Of a stretch of 64,000 nucleotides of DNA, positions 27,674 through 39,800 are shown piece by piece; positions within the stretch are counted from its first letter, which is position 1, and every line of letters begins with the position of its first letter. Source of the stretch: Chthoniobacterales bacterium (GTDB lineage Bacteria; Verrucomicrobiota; Verrucomicrobiia; Chthoniobacterales; Chthoniobacteraceae); contig JBBQZX010000012.1 of the NCBI GenBank assembly GCA_038207335.1, positions 1 through 64,000 on the forward strand, read 5' to 3'. Below the pieces are notes generated by a model. The model saw only the letters and a program-made list of their open reading frames with translations, was not told the origin of the DNA and searched no databases. The position numbers and the translations under genes were made by a program.

Positions 27674-30600
27674 CTATGGACGCGTGGCTCGGAGACGGGC
27701 GAATTGTTTTCCCGCGCTCGTGGGCTGCGGTGCGCGCCAGACTTCGGTCACGGTGCCGTCGCCGTGGTCGGTCGATGAGACGAGCGCGCCGTTTGTACTC
27801 CATGTTGCGAGGTCGGGCGACCACTCGACGGAGAGCGTCGCTTCGTCGGAGCCAAGCGCACGGAGGAATGTGAGCGTGAGATATTTATCCTCCACCCCGC
27901 CGACCGTGATCGTCTGATTCGCGGCGACCGGCAGGATGCCCGCGTCGCTGGCGTGCGGATTTCCGCGAAGAACGTATTCGAGGAGATTTTGCACGCCGTC
28001 GCCGTCGTCGTCCGCGGTGCCGCTGGTGACGTTGTTCATCGCCGACCATTCGGCGAAAGTCATACGGTCGTCGCCGCCGGGCGTACCGCCAGCGACGTAG
28101 CTCGCGCGCCAGTTAAACGGCTTCGTGTGATCCGGCCGCGTCTCCGGCGCGCGCAGCACGAGCGAATAGCCGCCCGCGTCCGCCTGCACCGGCCATGGGG
28201 ATTTGTTGTCGTAGGTGAAGTCCTGAATCGCCGCGCCGGCGCCGTAGCTCAGCTTCACCTCTTCGCCGCCGTTCGCCAGATTGTCGTTCGGATCCCACGT
28301 TCCTGTGACCGGCTTTCCCGAACCGTAACGCATGGTGAATGCCGCGATATTTTTCACGATCAAAACGCGCGCGCCCGGCGGCAACTGCAGGATCGAGCCG
28401 GTCGAAAAAATGTAATCGACGCCTTTGGTCAGCCGCACGTTTCCGAGTTCCAGAGTGAGGACAGGCGAGATGTTTCTCAGTTCGATGTATTCAAAATCGT
28501 TCTCGAGAAATCCAGCAGCCGCCTCAGCGGCGTTGGGCGTCGCCGGGTGATACATCAGCTCCGCGACCATCAGGTTGTCCTTCAGTACCTGCAGATAATT
28601 CGACGCGCCCGCGATGAACTGCAGCGGTGCGCTCCAATGGCTCCATCGCCCGTTGATTTCCTGATGCCGCACGCGCGCGCGATACGCGTGGCCCGCTCGA
28701 AGCAGCGTGCCGGGCACGGCAATGCCGAGATTCGTGGTAACCAGCGGGCCGCTGTCCCAGACCGGCTCGACTTCAAAGATCCGCGCCGCACTCGCATCGT
28801 AAGCCGGCGCCGTTGAGTCGGTGATCTCGCCGACCCGCCACTGGATCGCGGAGAATGTATTCGCCGGCTGCGGGTCGCTGAACGCGCTCGATTGCAGCGT
28901 GATCCCATCGACTGGGTATCCGCCCGCGCCTGTGTAGCTGATCGTCGGCTTCACCGGGAGCTGCCCGGCATCGAGCGTGTCCGAGATGGAGTCGAGATAC
29001 GTCGCGCGCCCGCCCGCGCCGACGGAGGGGCTGCCGTCATTGAACACGTCCGTCCATCCGACGAACGCGAAGTTTTTCATGTCCTGCACTTTCGCCGGAG
29101 CGCCCGCGGAGTAGTCGCCGACGGCGCCGGTCGCGGGCCAGCGCGCGCGATCCGCAGGCCAGAAGGCACTGATGCTCGCCAGCGCGTCGTCGAGCATGTC
29201 GTCGAGTGGCCCGCGTCCTGTCGAACCGTCGCGATACCAGACGAGATCGCGGAGCTCACGGATCGCGTTGCGATGCTGGATTTTCATGTTCGTGCGGTCG
29301 GCTTTGGGAAGCTGCCACGTCGGCGAATCGGAGATGTTGTCGTGATCGTAAATCGCGTTGTGCGTCACGTCGTAGCCGCTATTGAAATTCGGCCCGAAGC
29401 TAGCATCCCAGTCGTAAGGCATGAACCACAGCCTCCCGAGCCAGTTGCCCGCCTGCGGCTCGAAATACCACATCAGATTTTTCATCCGATGCCGGCCGGT
29501 CGGCTCGGTGAAAATGTCGTAGTGGCGCACGGCCTCCTGCACCGCGTTGTAGCGATACCACAGCGGCATGTTCACATACGTCTCAATGAAGCTTTGGCTC
29601 GCCGTCTGGTGGACGTTGTAGCGGACATTGTCGTAGTCCTCGGAAAAATCCGGCGCGTCCTTCGACTGATAGCGCTCGCCCATTTCGCCGTTCTGCGTCC
29701 AATCGCTCATCTTGTAGAAATTGCCGAGCGGCAGATTGCGCGAGCGCAGAAAATTCTTTCCGTCAGGAAATTCGAGCGCCTGGTAGAGCCCCCAGAAATC
29801 GCCGGTCGTCGCGCTCGGCGCCTCCTGTGCGCCCTGCACCACACGGAAATGCACCCAATGGCTCTCCGGCATCGGTATGCCCTGCTGGCGCCAGAGCTGC
29901 GCGCCGACTTCATACGTTATCCCAAAATCGTAATACCCCTTGTTCCCGAACATTTTGTTGAAAAGCATCTTCTCCCACGGTCGCGGGTAGAGTTCCCCGC
30001 GCTCGTTTGCGGCATAAAGCGGCGAGCCTTTTGGAAAGTTGAACCGGAAGTGCCGCTTGCCGCTCCCGGCGTAGCGCGAGTTCCCGCCGCGCAGCCGCAC
30101 AGTGACGTGATCGATCACCTGCGTGTTGAAAACCAGAGCGCCCTCCCAGTCTTCGTAATGCCGCGCAAGCAACGCGTTCAGGTCGATCGCATTCACCATC
30201 TGCTCGCTGGCGTTGTAGGCGAGCATTGCGGAGAAATCCTGCGAGCGCGTGATCCATTGATAGACCGGCAACGACGTGAGCGCGGCGGGAGAAAAGAGCT
30301 GCCCATTCGCCACGTACGGCGGGATGCCGTCGTATGAAAAGAGCGCGAAGTTTTTCCGCGGATCATCCGCTGTCGGCACGCGAATGCTGGCTCCGGCGAG
30401 GTCGGTCGCCACGACGCGGTATCGCATCAGCGTGCGATGAGGCTGTGCCGGGATGCGACCGGAGAAAATCCCATCGCCCGCGATGTCGCCGGGCACCGAG
30501 CCATCGTCGCTCATCGTCACGGTCGTCCAATTCGCCACGCTTTCGAATGCCGGGTTGGGCTGTAGAGACGCGTTCGGATTCGCGACCAACTGCGCCGCGG

Positions 30601-33600
30601 TGTACGGCAGCGTGGCCGGGATGAAGTTGCCCGGCGCGCATGTCTGGTACAAGAGTTGCACCGATCCCACGCCTTGCGGATCGCTGACTTTCGCGTTCAC
30701 TGTGATCGGCTCCCACGACCGGGGCGCGTCCGGTTTGTGCGTGACTTTTTCGATCGCCGGCGGTGCGTTCGCGGCGAACACCGAGTTCTGCGCGCCCGGA
30801 GTGCCGAGCAGTTCCGGCGGGTTCTTGAGTTCCGCGTCGATCGAAAAATCGAAGATGTTGTAGTCGGGGAGATCCTCCTGCGCCGAACGCGGCGCGGGCA
30901 GTTTTGCAAAGCCCTCGATCGCAATCGTGTTCGTCCCCGCGTGCAGCAGCGCACCGGCATTCAACAGGATTTGCTCGCTCCACGGATCGTTCGCGCGCTC
31001 GTAGTAATTCGTGTCGTTGAAAGCCGGGTCGGTCGGCGCGCCCGGCGTGAAACCGAAGCGCGCGACTTCCTGCCCGTTGATCCAGACGATCGACGCGTCG
31101 TTGTGCATCACGCGCAGCAGCAGAGCGCGAGGGATGCTCGCCGGGACGGTGAATGTTTTCCGAAAAAACACCGAGCGATACGCCGCGGTGAAGCTCGATG
31201 TGAACGTCGCCATGTCCGTGAGCTGCGTGCCGAGTGTCACATTGAACTCCGGCAGATACGCAATCGGCGTATTCGAGTTCTGCTTGAAAAGACCGATCGG
31301 CGCTGCGCCCGTGAGCCAGCTCGCGTCCTCGACGAAATTCTCCGCGCGCCATGCCGTGATCGGCGACGACGCCTCGCTCGTCCCTTTCCGATAGCGCCAG
31401 CCGCCGCTGCTTTTCGCGAGGAAAGTGAACGCCGTCGGCAGGCTCGTGCTCGCCCGCCAGTTGCTGCCCAGCGCACTATCGAGATCAGGATTCAGCAGCT
31501 CGAGCGACGGCCCGTCGCCATTCGGCGGGATCGGCCACGGCGTCGAGACACCGTAGTTCAACTCGTCCACAATATTGCCGCCCGCATCACGCAGCACGAT
31601 GTCGTCGCCATCGCTGGAAAGCCCGCCCACAAATGGACCGAGAGCCGTGACGCCGTAAAGTCCCGCGATGATCGCCGGGTCTTGCGCGATCACGACGTAG
31701 CCATTCGGCGCGATCGTCATGCCGCCGGGAAAGGTGAACGTCACGCCTTTCGTAAATCGCCAGCCGCTCAGATCGACCGCCGTCGCGAGCGGATTGTAGA
31801 GCTCGATGAACTCGCTGTGCAGCGTGTTGCGCGACGGGTTGTAATTGATCTCGTTGATCTTCACATGCCGCGCGGGTGCCTGCACAGGCAGGGTTACGAT
31901 TTTGTCGAAAGCGTTGCCCGTCGAGTCCGTCACACGCAGCCGGACGGACACGGTCTGTCCGAGGTCGCCGGAAAAGTCGTGCGCGGCGATGAGCTGATTT
32001 CCCGAGATCGTGAAGTAGTTGTTGTTCGTCGCGCCCGCGCCCGCGACGAGCGTGAATGTGAACACGTCATCGGGATTCCCATCCACCGCCTGCAGCCGCG
32101 CTGCAAAGCTGCCGCCGACGTAAGTCGTGAACAGCGCCGCGCTGCTCAAGGTGAGGTCGGTCGGCGCGACCGGCGCGGGATTCACCGTGATTGAGACTGT
32201 CGCGACGTTCGAGTCGGCGGTGCCGTCATTCGTTTTAAAAGTGAAGCTGTCGGCACCCGAATACCCCGCCGCCGGCGTAAACGTCCGACTCGTACCCGTG
32301 CCGCTCAGCGCGCCATGCGCGGGCGGCGTCACGATCGTGTAGGTGAGTTGATTCAGCGGGGTATTCGGATCGTGCGCGATGAGCGTGAGCGCAGTCGCCG
32401 TCTGATAGCCCGCTGTCACCGCGCTCTTCTCAGACACCGGCTGGCCCGGCACGACCACGATGGTCAAAGGTGTCGTCTGCGGCGTGCCGCCGTTCGTCGT
32501 GGTGAGCGTGTAGGTCGTCGTCGTCTGCGGCGTCACGCTCACGTATCCGGCTGTGCCGGAGAGCGCGCCGATCCCTTGGTCGATCGAGCCCGTCGTGCCC
32601 GCACCGCTCAGCAGATAGGACAGCCGCACCGTCGTCCCGCTGTAAATCGACACGCTCGGGAACGCCGTGAACGACGCCACGAGCGGCACCGTATCCGGCC
32701 CATCTGCAATACTCGACGCGAGCCCCGAGTCCGTCATCGGTCCGTTCCAAAGCCGGAACTCGTTATAAGAGCCGTTCACGTTTGCGTCGCCGGTGAATTG
32801 CGAACGCCCGAGCCAGTTGTTCACATCGACGATGGTCTGCAGCCGATACGACGTATTCAACTGCCCGACCAACTTGCCGTCTTTGTAGTAGCGGAGCTGC
32901 GGCTGCCCGTTGTTTCCCGTCGCGTTGAAAGTCACGGCAAAGTGAAACTGCTGGCCGTAAACCGTCGAGTCGGTGAGATCCACATTCACCTCCGTCCCGC
33001 TGTGCTTGAATGCCAGCCGACGCTGCGCGGTGTTCGTCCCCGACTGCGCGCTCAGCGTGAGATACTCCAACCCAGCCGTATTATTCCCGCCGGGCCGGCC
33101 GGGGCCGATCAGTTCGCCTGCCGCGCCGCCGCTGCTCGTCTGATCGGACGAGCCGAAGTCGAAATACCGCGACCACGTCTGCGCGCCATCGAGCGTCATC
33201 CAACCCTCGATCGTCACCTCGTTGAGCGATGAAATGATTCCATTCGGCAGGTCGATGTAAGGCGCGCTGCCCGACGCCCCGCCCGGCAGCGACACCTGCG
33301 ACGCCGTCCGCGTGAACGTCGTCCCGCGCAATATCCCATTCCCGCTCGCCCCCGCCACGCTATCGAGCACCGTCGTTCCGCTCCCCTCATTGAAGCTCCA
33401 CCGATGCGTCAGCACAGGCGGCGCAAACTGCGTCGCGGTTGCCTGCGTCGTCGTGCCCGATGTCGAATCCGTGAGCGTGTAAGTCGTCGTCCCGCTGGGG
33501 ATCACCACCACGCTCCCCGTCGCGCCGCTCACAGCCCCAACACCGGGCGAAATCGCGATGCTATCCCCCGCCGACACGCTCCACGAGAGCGTCACCTCCT

Positions 33601-33703
33601 GCCCCGGTAGGAATGTCGTCGGATTCGCTGAGAACGAGATAATCCCCGCCGAGGCAGCCGCGGCGAAAAATACGGAGATCAGGCAGAGGAGGAACCGCAT
33701 CAT
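27674..33703 (-). CDS. Giant exported protein: LamG + Ig-like (Big_9) + lamin-tail domains + CotH kinase
   Basis: Signal peptide, HRWSFNE/EFRLWN (LamG), GYSGADSFTF, INEINYNP..EFIELYN and AELMYHP..EYIELRN (LTD), RLRGGNS..PYDWDASFG (CotH), C-terminal FARLR. Confidence 0.88.
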   Translation of the reverse strand: MMRFLLCLISVFFAAAASAGIISFSANPTTFLPGQEVTLSWSVSAGDSIAISPGVGAVSGATGSVVVIPSGTTTYTLTDSTSGTTTQATATQFAPPVLTHRWSFNEGSGTTVLDSVAGASGNGILRGTTFTRTASQVSLPGGASGSAPYIDLPNGIISSLNEVTIEGWMTLDGAQTWSRYFDFGSSDQTSSGGAAGELIGPGRPGGNNTAGLEYLTLSAQSGTNTAQRRLAFKHSGTEVNVDLTDSTVYGQQFHFAVTFNATGNNGQPQLRYYKDGKLVGQLNTSYRLQTIVDVNNWLGRSQFTGDANVNGSYNEFRLWNGPMTDSGLASSIADGPDTVPLVASFTAFPSVSIYSGTTVRLSYLLSGAGTTGSIDQGIGALSGTAGYVSVTPQTTTTYTLTTTNGGTPQTTPLTIVVVPGQPVSEKSAVTAGYQTATALTLIAHDPNTPLNQLTYTIVTPPAHGALSGTGTSRTFTPAAGYSGADSFTFKTNDGTADSNVATVSITVNPAPVAPTDLTLSSAALFTTYVGGSFAARLQAVDGNPDDVFTFTLVAGAGATNNNYFTISGNQLIAAHDFSGDLGQTVSVRLRVTDSTGNAFDKIVTLPVQAPARHVKINEINYNPSRNTLHSEFIELYNPLATAVDLSGWRFTKGVTFTFPGGMTIAPNGYVVIAQDPAIIAGLYGVTALGPFVGGLSSDGDDIVLRDAGGNIVDELNYGVSTPWPIPPNGDGPSLELLNPDLDSALGSNWRASTSLPTAFTFLAKSSGGWRYRKGTSEASSPITAWRAENFVEDASWLTGAAPIGLFKQNSNTPIAYLPEFNVTLGTQLTDMATFTSSFTAAYRSVFFRKTFTVPASIPRALLLRVMHNDASIVWINGQEVARFGFTPGAPTDPAFNDTNYYERANDPWSEQILLNAGALLHAGTNTIAIEGFAKLPAPRSAQEDLPDYNIFDFSIDAELKNPPELLGTPGAQNSVFAANAPPAIEKVTHKPDAPRSWEPITVNAKVSDPQGVGSVQLLYQTCAPGNFIPATLPYTAAQLVANPNASLQPNPAFESVANWTTVTMSDDGSVPGDIAGDGIFSGRIPAQPHRTLMRYRVVATDLAGASIRVPTADDPRKNFALFSYDGIPPYVANGQLFSPAALTSLPVYQWITRSQDFSAMLAYNASEQMVNAIDLNALLARHYEDWEGALVFNTQVIDHVTVRLRGGNSRYAGSGKRHFRFNFPKGSPLYAANERGELYPRPWEKMLFNKMFGNKGYYDFGITYEVGAQLWRQQGIPMPESHWVHFRVVQGAQEAPSATTGDFWGLYQALEFPDGKNFLRSRNLPLGNFYKMSDWTQNGEMGERYQSKDAPDFSEDYDNVRYNVHQTASQSFIETYVNMPLWYRYNAVQEAVRHYDIFTEPTGRHRMKNLMWYFEPQAGNWLGRLWFMPYDWDASFGPNFNSGYDVTHNAIYDHDNISDSPTWQLPKADRTNMKIQHRNAIRELRDLVWYRDGSTGRGPLDDMLDDALASISAFWPADRARWPATGAVGDYSAGAPAKVQDMKNFAFVGWTDVFNDGSPSVGAGGRATYLDSISDTLDAGQLPVKPTISYTGAGGYPVDGITLQSSAFSDPQPANTFSAIQWRVGEITDSTAPAYDASAARIFEVEPVWDSGPLVTTNLGIAVPGTLLRAGHAYRARVRHQEINGRWSHWSAPLQFIAGASNYLQVLKDNLMVAELMYHPATPNAAEAAAGFLENDFEYIELRNISPVLTLELGNVRLTKGVDYIFSTGSILQLPPGARVLIVKNIAAFTMRYGSGKPVTGTWDPNDNLANGGEEVKLSYGAGAAIQDFTYDNKSPWPVQADAGGYSLVLRAPETRPDHTKPFNWRASYVAGGTPGGDDRMTFAEWSAMNNVTSGTADDDGDGVQNLLEYVLRGNPHASDAGILPVAANQTITVGGVEDKYLTLTFLRALGSDEATLSVEWSPDLATWSTNGALVSSTDHGDGTVTEVWRAPQPTSAGKQFARLRATRP

Positions 33704-33741
33704 GGAATGTAATTCGATTCGCCCCTCATGCCATCGGCGAT

Positions 33742-33781
33742 GAGCGTTTCCCCCGGACGCAGATGGGGGTGAAAACAGCTC
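33742..33781. terminator. Imperfect intergenic hairpin
   Basis: GAGCGTTTCCCCC..GGGGGTGAAAACAGCTC downstream of the PEP-CTERM gene. Confidence 0.4.
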
Positions 33782-33848
33782 CCGTTCGGACTGATAAACT
33801 TTGCCGACGCGGCGGAGTCGGCGTATCCCCGGAGGAGTTCAGCGCGGT

Positions 33849-36800
33849 TCAGGCCGAGCGGCGCCGGAAACGTCGCAAGCCCGCGAACGAGCCGAGACCG
33901 GTGAGCAGCATTGCGATCGAACCGGGCTCCGGGACGGCGGTGAGGGTCACGTCGTTGCCGGTGCCGCCGAGGTAGGAGATGACGAGTTCCTGTCCGCCAA
34001 CGAAGAAGTGTTTGCCCTCGGTGAGCTGCCCGGCTCCAGGCGTGAAGAAGTTCGCAGCGATCGCATTTCCACCCGTGTTGTCCACGACGAGCCAGCTTTG
34101 ATTGTAGGCGGGCGTGTAGCCTAGCGTGATGGCGAGGAACGTGTTGCTCGCGAGGCTCACATCCGGCGCGACGAGTTTGTCGAAAGTCGCGACTCCAGTG
34201 ATATCGAGCGCCAGCGTGGAATTCGTCGCGAAAGCGACCGGATTGTTGAACGTCAGCGTGCCAACGTTCGATCCTGGATTCACGGTGCCAGTGACGCTAA
34301 CTCCGCCATTCACGGTGCCGCTGCCTTTCAGCGTCTGCGCCGCGCCGACGGTGAAGCCACCTGCTCCGCTCACGTCGAAGATTGCACCGCCGCGGACGTC
34401 GATCGAGGTCGAGCCGCTGATACTGCCTGTCAGCGCCAGCGTCCCCGCTTCGATCACCGTCGGCCCTGCATACGTGTTCGTCGCCGAGAGCGTCAGCGTG
34501 CCAGCGCCTTGCTTCGTGAAGCCGCCGGTATTCGCGTTCGCTGCGAGCACCGCGCTGCCGACGCTGGCCGCCGTGGACGCGCCGCCGCCGACGAGCACGA
34601 CGCTCGGCGAGGTGTAGCCCGTGCCGGGGCTCGTGATCGTGATGCCGGTGAGCAGGCCCGTTGCTTCGTCAAAATTCGCGACGGCAGTCGCGCCAATGCC
34701 GGTCGGATCAGTGATATCCACGATCGGACGTCCGATGTATCCGGCGCCATTTCCGATGAGGGGAATCGACTGGACGCCGTTGCCTGTAGGGGCGACGAGC
34801 GCGTTGGTGGCATTGGTCACGTTGAAGCCGTTCGTGTCGATCGTCGCGCCGCCAGTGTGGACGAGGACGGCGTCGAGATTCGTATCGAGCAGGTTGCCGG
34901 CGGCTGCAGCAATGAGCTTCCCACCGTTGAGATTGACAACCGCAGCACCGAGCGCCTGCCCGGCGAAGATGTGCCCGAGCTGAACCTGCCCGCCATCATG
35001 CACGGTAAGGGAACTCTGATCACCTGCGAAGGCCGCGTTGATCAAGTTGAGATCGCTCAGCGGCCCGCCAGTGATGAGCCCGCCCGTCCCTACGTCGATG
35101 ACTGTGTTGTATCGGACAGTAGCGAGTTGATCCGCGTAGAAATGGCCCGGGATATTCGGAGTAGTCAGCGTGCCGCCTTGCACGAGGACCATGGCATTGG
35201 TGGCATTCACAGCATTCGTGCGATTTAGAGTCAACCACGCCGCCGCTGTCACCGAGCCAGAACGAACCTCGAACACCCCGCTGCCACCCCCTGCGCCGCC
35301 GACGCCAACCTCTTGATAAGTCGCCGGAACAGCAGTGTCGTGCAGGTAGAAACCGTAGGCATTCGTCGCATTGCCGAGCGCGAAGTGCGTCACGCTCGCG
35401 CCCGAACGGTCGATTAGCGTCCCGCGATTGTAGATCGCGCCAGAGCCGCCAGCGGCGTTGCCGACAAGGACTTGGTTCACGCTCGCGGTGGTGCCAGCGC
35501 CGATTTTCAACAAGCCGCGCCCACCGAAGCCAACTTCGATATTCCCACCGGAAAACAGCTGCGCGGAGCCTGAGAGAGTCGCCGTCGAGAAAGAGCCCGG
35601 ACTTTCAGCCAGCCGCACCCCGATGCTCGCATTTGCCGCGCCAGTGCCGCTGATGTTAATGATTGGGTTTGCATTGTATCCCGCAACGCCGTTGGCGAAC
35701 CCCGTGTAGAGATATTGTGAGTTCAGCGTGCCGCCGGTGATGTTCAGCGCCGAACTCAAGCCGGTCGTGCCGTTGCCGCGCCCGATGCTAAGGTAGGTGC
35801 CGACGTTGAGTGTCCCGCTTGCCAGTGTGAGGTTGACCTGGTTCGGCGTGTTGTCGCCGACCGCGAATTCGGAACCGCTGACCGCATACGTCGCGGCTGC
35901 ACCGCCATCGAGGGTCAAACTGCCCTCCTGCAAGACTGCCGTTATTCCCGTCGCGCCGCTGGCTGCCAACACGTTCGCTCCGGCGTTGCTGATCGTCAGG
36001 CTGCCGCCGCCGCGTTTCACCAGCGTGCCGCCGTTGTTGCTCACGAGTCCCGTGAAGTTCGCAGAAGTCCCCGTGGCGATATCGAACGCGAAGTTCCCGG
36101 TGCCATTCGCAGTACCGCTGTTGGTGCCGTCGCCGACGCTTCGGACCGTTCCGCCATTGATGTCCAGCGCGATCGGCTGCGCGAGCGTCACCGAGCCGCC
36201 GCCGCTGAGCCGAAGCACACCGCCATTTTTCTCGACGATCGAGGTGGCACCGTTCAGCGCCGCTGCCCCTGATACGTCGAGCGTGCCGGAGTTAATCGTG
36301 GCTGCGCCGCCCAGTGCGTTGCTCCCGGAGAGCAGCACCGTGCCCGCGCCGGTCAGAGTCACGCGTTGCCCGCCGCTGATATTCCCCAAGAGGGTCAGTG
36401 TGGTGCCCGCCGCAGCAGCCAGATTCGTGGGATTCACCAGTGCAATCGGCGCCGAGATGCTGTGGCTGCCGGTGACCGTGCTGATCGCAGCGGTCCCGAT
36501 TCCATTGTCCACGGTGATCGTGCCGCCAGTGCCCTGCGTCACATTGTAAGTGTTTGAGTTGTCGAAGATGATCGTCCCGACGGTCTTCGAACCATCGAGC
36601 GTGACCGTCGCGGGCGCATTCGGGGCATTCAGCACAGACCCGAAGGTGGCTGAAGCGCCAGCGGAGTTCGGTACGCCGCCCGTCCAGTTCACCGGACTGG
36701 TCCACGAACCGCTGCCGTCCGTCGCCCACGCAGTCACGACTGCGTCGCCGATGCTGAGCTCGATCCTCGAGGCACCGACGTTGTTGTTGATCCCGTAGAA

Positions 36801-39800
36801 TTTCCCCGGCTGGCTGTTCGCGACTGTGAATGCGCCGGTGAGGCTACCATTGAACGCGGTGTTGTAGGTAAACAGCGGATACGTCCCATTTTCGGCAAAA
36901 GGGGTCGTGCCGCCTGTCAGGTAGAGGTTCAGCGAAGCCGTACCGAGCGTCAGCCCGCTCGCGGCGGAAATCGCGATGATGTCATTAGCCAATCCGGCGC
37001 CACCGGCGTTGAACTCGAAATCCACGCCGCCAGTTGTGTTGAAAGTGAGCGCCGGCACCGTGAGGGTCCCTACTGCTTGGTAAGCCGGAGCGAGACGCCC
37101 GCCATTGATCACATACGGGGCGACGCGCGTCCCGCTCGCGGCGAGCACGCCCGCCGTCGCGATCGTGTTCCCAGTGTGAAGATTCGCACCGCTCAGGATC
37201 AGCGTGCCAAGTCCGATCTTGTTGAGATTCCCGTTCGTCGCAGCGGAGCCGCCCGTGAGGGTGAGCGCAGTGGCCGCCGTGCTCACGTCGAGCGTCGCGG
37301 TCTTTCCGGCGTTGATCGTAAAATTGCGATCGGTTGAGCCGGTCGCTCCGGTGTATTGCAGCGTGCCACCATCAAACACGAGATTCGCAGCCGCATTCGA
37401 CGAAGCGCCGAGCGGGCTGGCGACGCCGCCATTTCCAATGACAGCAACGCCGAGCGTGCCCGCGCTAATCGTTGTCGCGCCGAGGTAGCTATTCGCGCCG
37501 GAGAGCGTGAGCGTGCCAGCACCCGCCTTGGTCACGCCGCCCGTCGTCACATTCGCGCCGGTCGTCGCGGCACCCGTGGTCGCGGCGGTCGTCGGACCGC
37601 CACCCGCGAGCACGATCGCGGGCGCGCCCGTGTAGTTGATGCCCGGATTCGTAATCGTGAATCCGGTGAGCACGCCGTTCGTGATGATCGCGCGCGCAGT
37701 TGCTCCGGTGCCGCCGCCACCTGTGATGTTGACAATCGGCTCGCCGACGTAGCCCGCGCCACCCGTCGTGATCGGGATCGAAACGATCCCCGCTCCGCCA
37801 GGCGCGGCGAGATTCTGGGCGATCGTCGCGGCGAAAATACCAGAGTCGAGCGTGATACCCGCCGGCCCGACGACGGCATTGTCCAGACCCGTGATGAAGT
37901 TCACTTCATTCGCGACCGGCTTCACGGTGCCTCCGTTCAGATAAAGGAAGCTCGTCCCGCCGCCGTCGCCGATTCGCACCGCAGTGAGCGCACCACCGAT
38001 CACATTGAAAATACCCTGCGCTGTCCCAGCAGCGCTCAGCCGCAGTCCCGCGCCGTTCGTCGAGTTGGCATTGATCGTGCCGCCCGGCAGCAGATTCACC
38101 ACACCCTTACCCTGCTCACCCACCAGAAACGCAGTCGCCCCGCCACCGTTGTGAGTCAGCACACCGCCGCTGCTCACGTTCACCAAGCCATTGCTCGCCG
38201 CGCCATTTCGCGCCGGAGAAAGCCACCCGGTGAAAGTCGCAGTGCCGCCCGTTTGATTGAAAACGCCCGCGCCGGAAAATCCGATTTGGAAGTTGTTCGC
38301 AGGGCTCAGCATACCGGCGCTCAAATTGTAGATGCCATACGCTGTCGCATTAGAGCCGAACTGCCATTCTCCGCCGCCAGTGCCGTTCACTAAACCGTTC
38401 GTCTGATTGAACACACCGACCGCTCCGATTCCCTTGCCGTTGAAAAGCGTGCCGATCGTCAGCGTTCCCGTCGATTGCATGTTGACCGTCCCGCGCGCCG
38501 TTCCCACATCCCCGAGGTTGAAATCAACCGCTCCCGTATTCAGCGATCCGCCTCCGATCAAATTGAGCGTCCCGTTGTCCCCCGCGTTTACGCCGATGCT
38601 GTTGAAAACGCTGCCGGTATTGACACCCGAAAGCGTCACGCTCCCCTGATTGATTCGGAAACTTGCGATCGTATTCGTGGCGCTCAAAAGCAACGCACCT
38701 GTCCCCGTTTTCGTCAGCACTCCCGTCGTCCCGCCACCCGTCACAGCCCCACTGAGTTCCCCCTCGATCGCTGCCGCTCCATCCCGCACGTCGATCGTTC
38801 GCGCCACGTTCCCGAATGAAAGAGGCGTGCTGAAAATAACCTTGTTGGTCGCATTCGCGGATCCGAAGCCCAAGATCGTCGGGTTGAAACCGGCTGTGGT
38901 TCCCCACACGATTTGAGGAGCTCCTAGATTCACGGTGCGATCGGCACCCAGGGCTGCCAGATAATCCGTGCCCGCGCCAAAATTGATCAAGCTCGTTCCG
39001 GTAGCGACTGTGGTTCCCAATGTGCGGGTGAGGTTGCCGGAATTCAGTTCCAGAGTCGCAGTCAATGCACCGCCCGGCTCGAAGCGGAGGTAGGACGTAG
39101 GTGCCAGAGCGGTTGCGCTCGAAATCCGCAGCGTGCCCCCTTCACGGATCAGCGTGTCGCCAGTGTAAGTGTTCGTTCCCGAGAGATTCAACAGTCCGCC
39201 CGTCGCTTGGAAAAGCAGTGCCGTCGGTTTTCCCACGCCGCCATCGACGATGCTGCCCGCAAAGTCGCCCGCTTTCACCCGGATGCTCGTCGCCACGCCG
39301 CCGCCTGCACTCGATGCGCTCGTGATCGTACCGCTTCCAGTCAGATTGTTGATGAAGCGCAGGGTTGCCGGTGTTGTCGTCGAGGATTGATCGTAAGTGC
39401 CACTGACCACAACATCGTTCCCCGTCGTGGCAAACGTGTCTCCCGACGCGATCAACGTCGAACCGACTCCCACGTTGTAGGCACCCGTGAGCGTGTTCGT
39501 CGTGGAGGTCAGCGTCAGCGTTCCGCCGCCCGTGAGATTCAGCCCGACCGTCCCCGCCAGCGTCGATCCGATGCTCGCAGCGATGCCCGTGCCGAGGGTG
39601 AAAGTGTTTCCTGTCAGATTCAGCGTACCTCCGGTGAGCGAGTAGCCAGTCGTATTGAAAGTGAGGCCGTTCACTCCTGCGATGGAGCCGCTCACGCCGA
39701 CCGCACCCACCGCACCGCCAAAGGTCGCCGTATTGCCCGCCGCCCACGGCACATCCGATCCGCCAAAAAACCAATTGGCCGTGGCGTTATCATCGATCCA

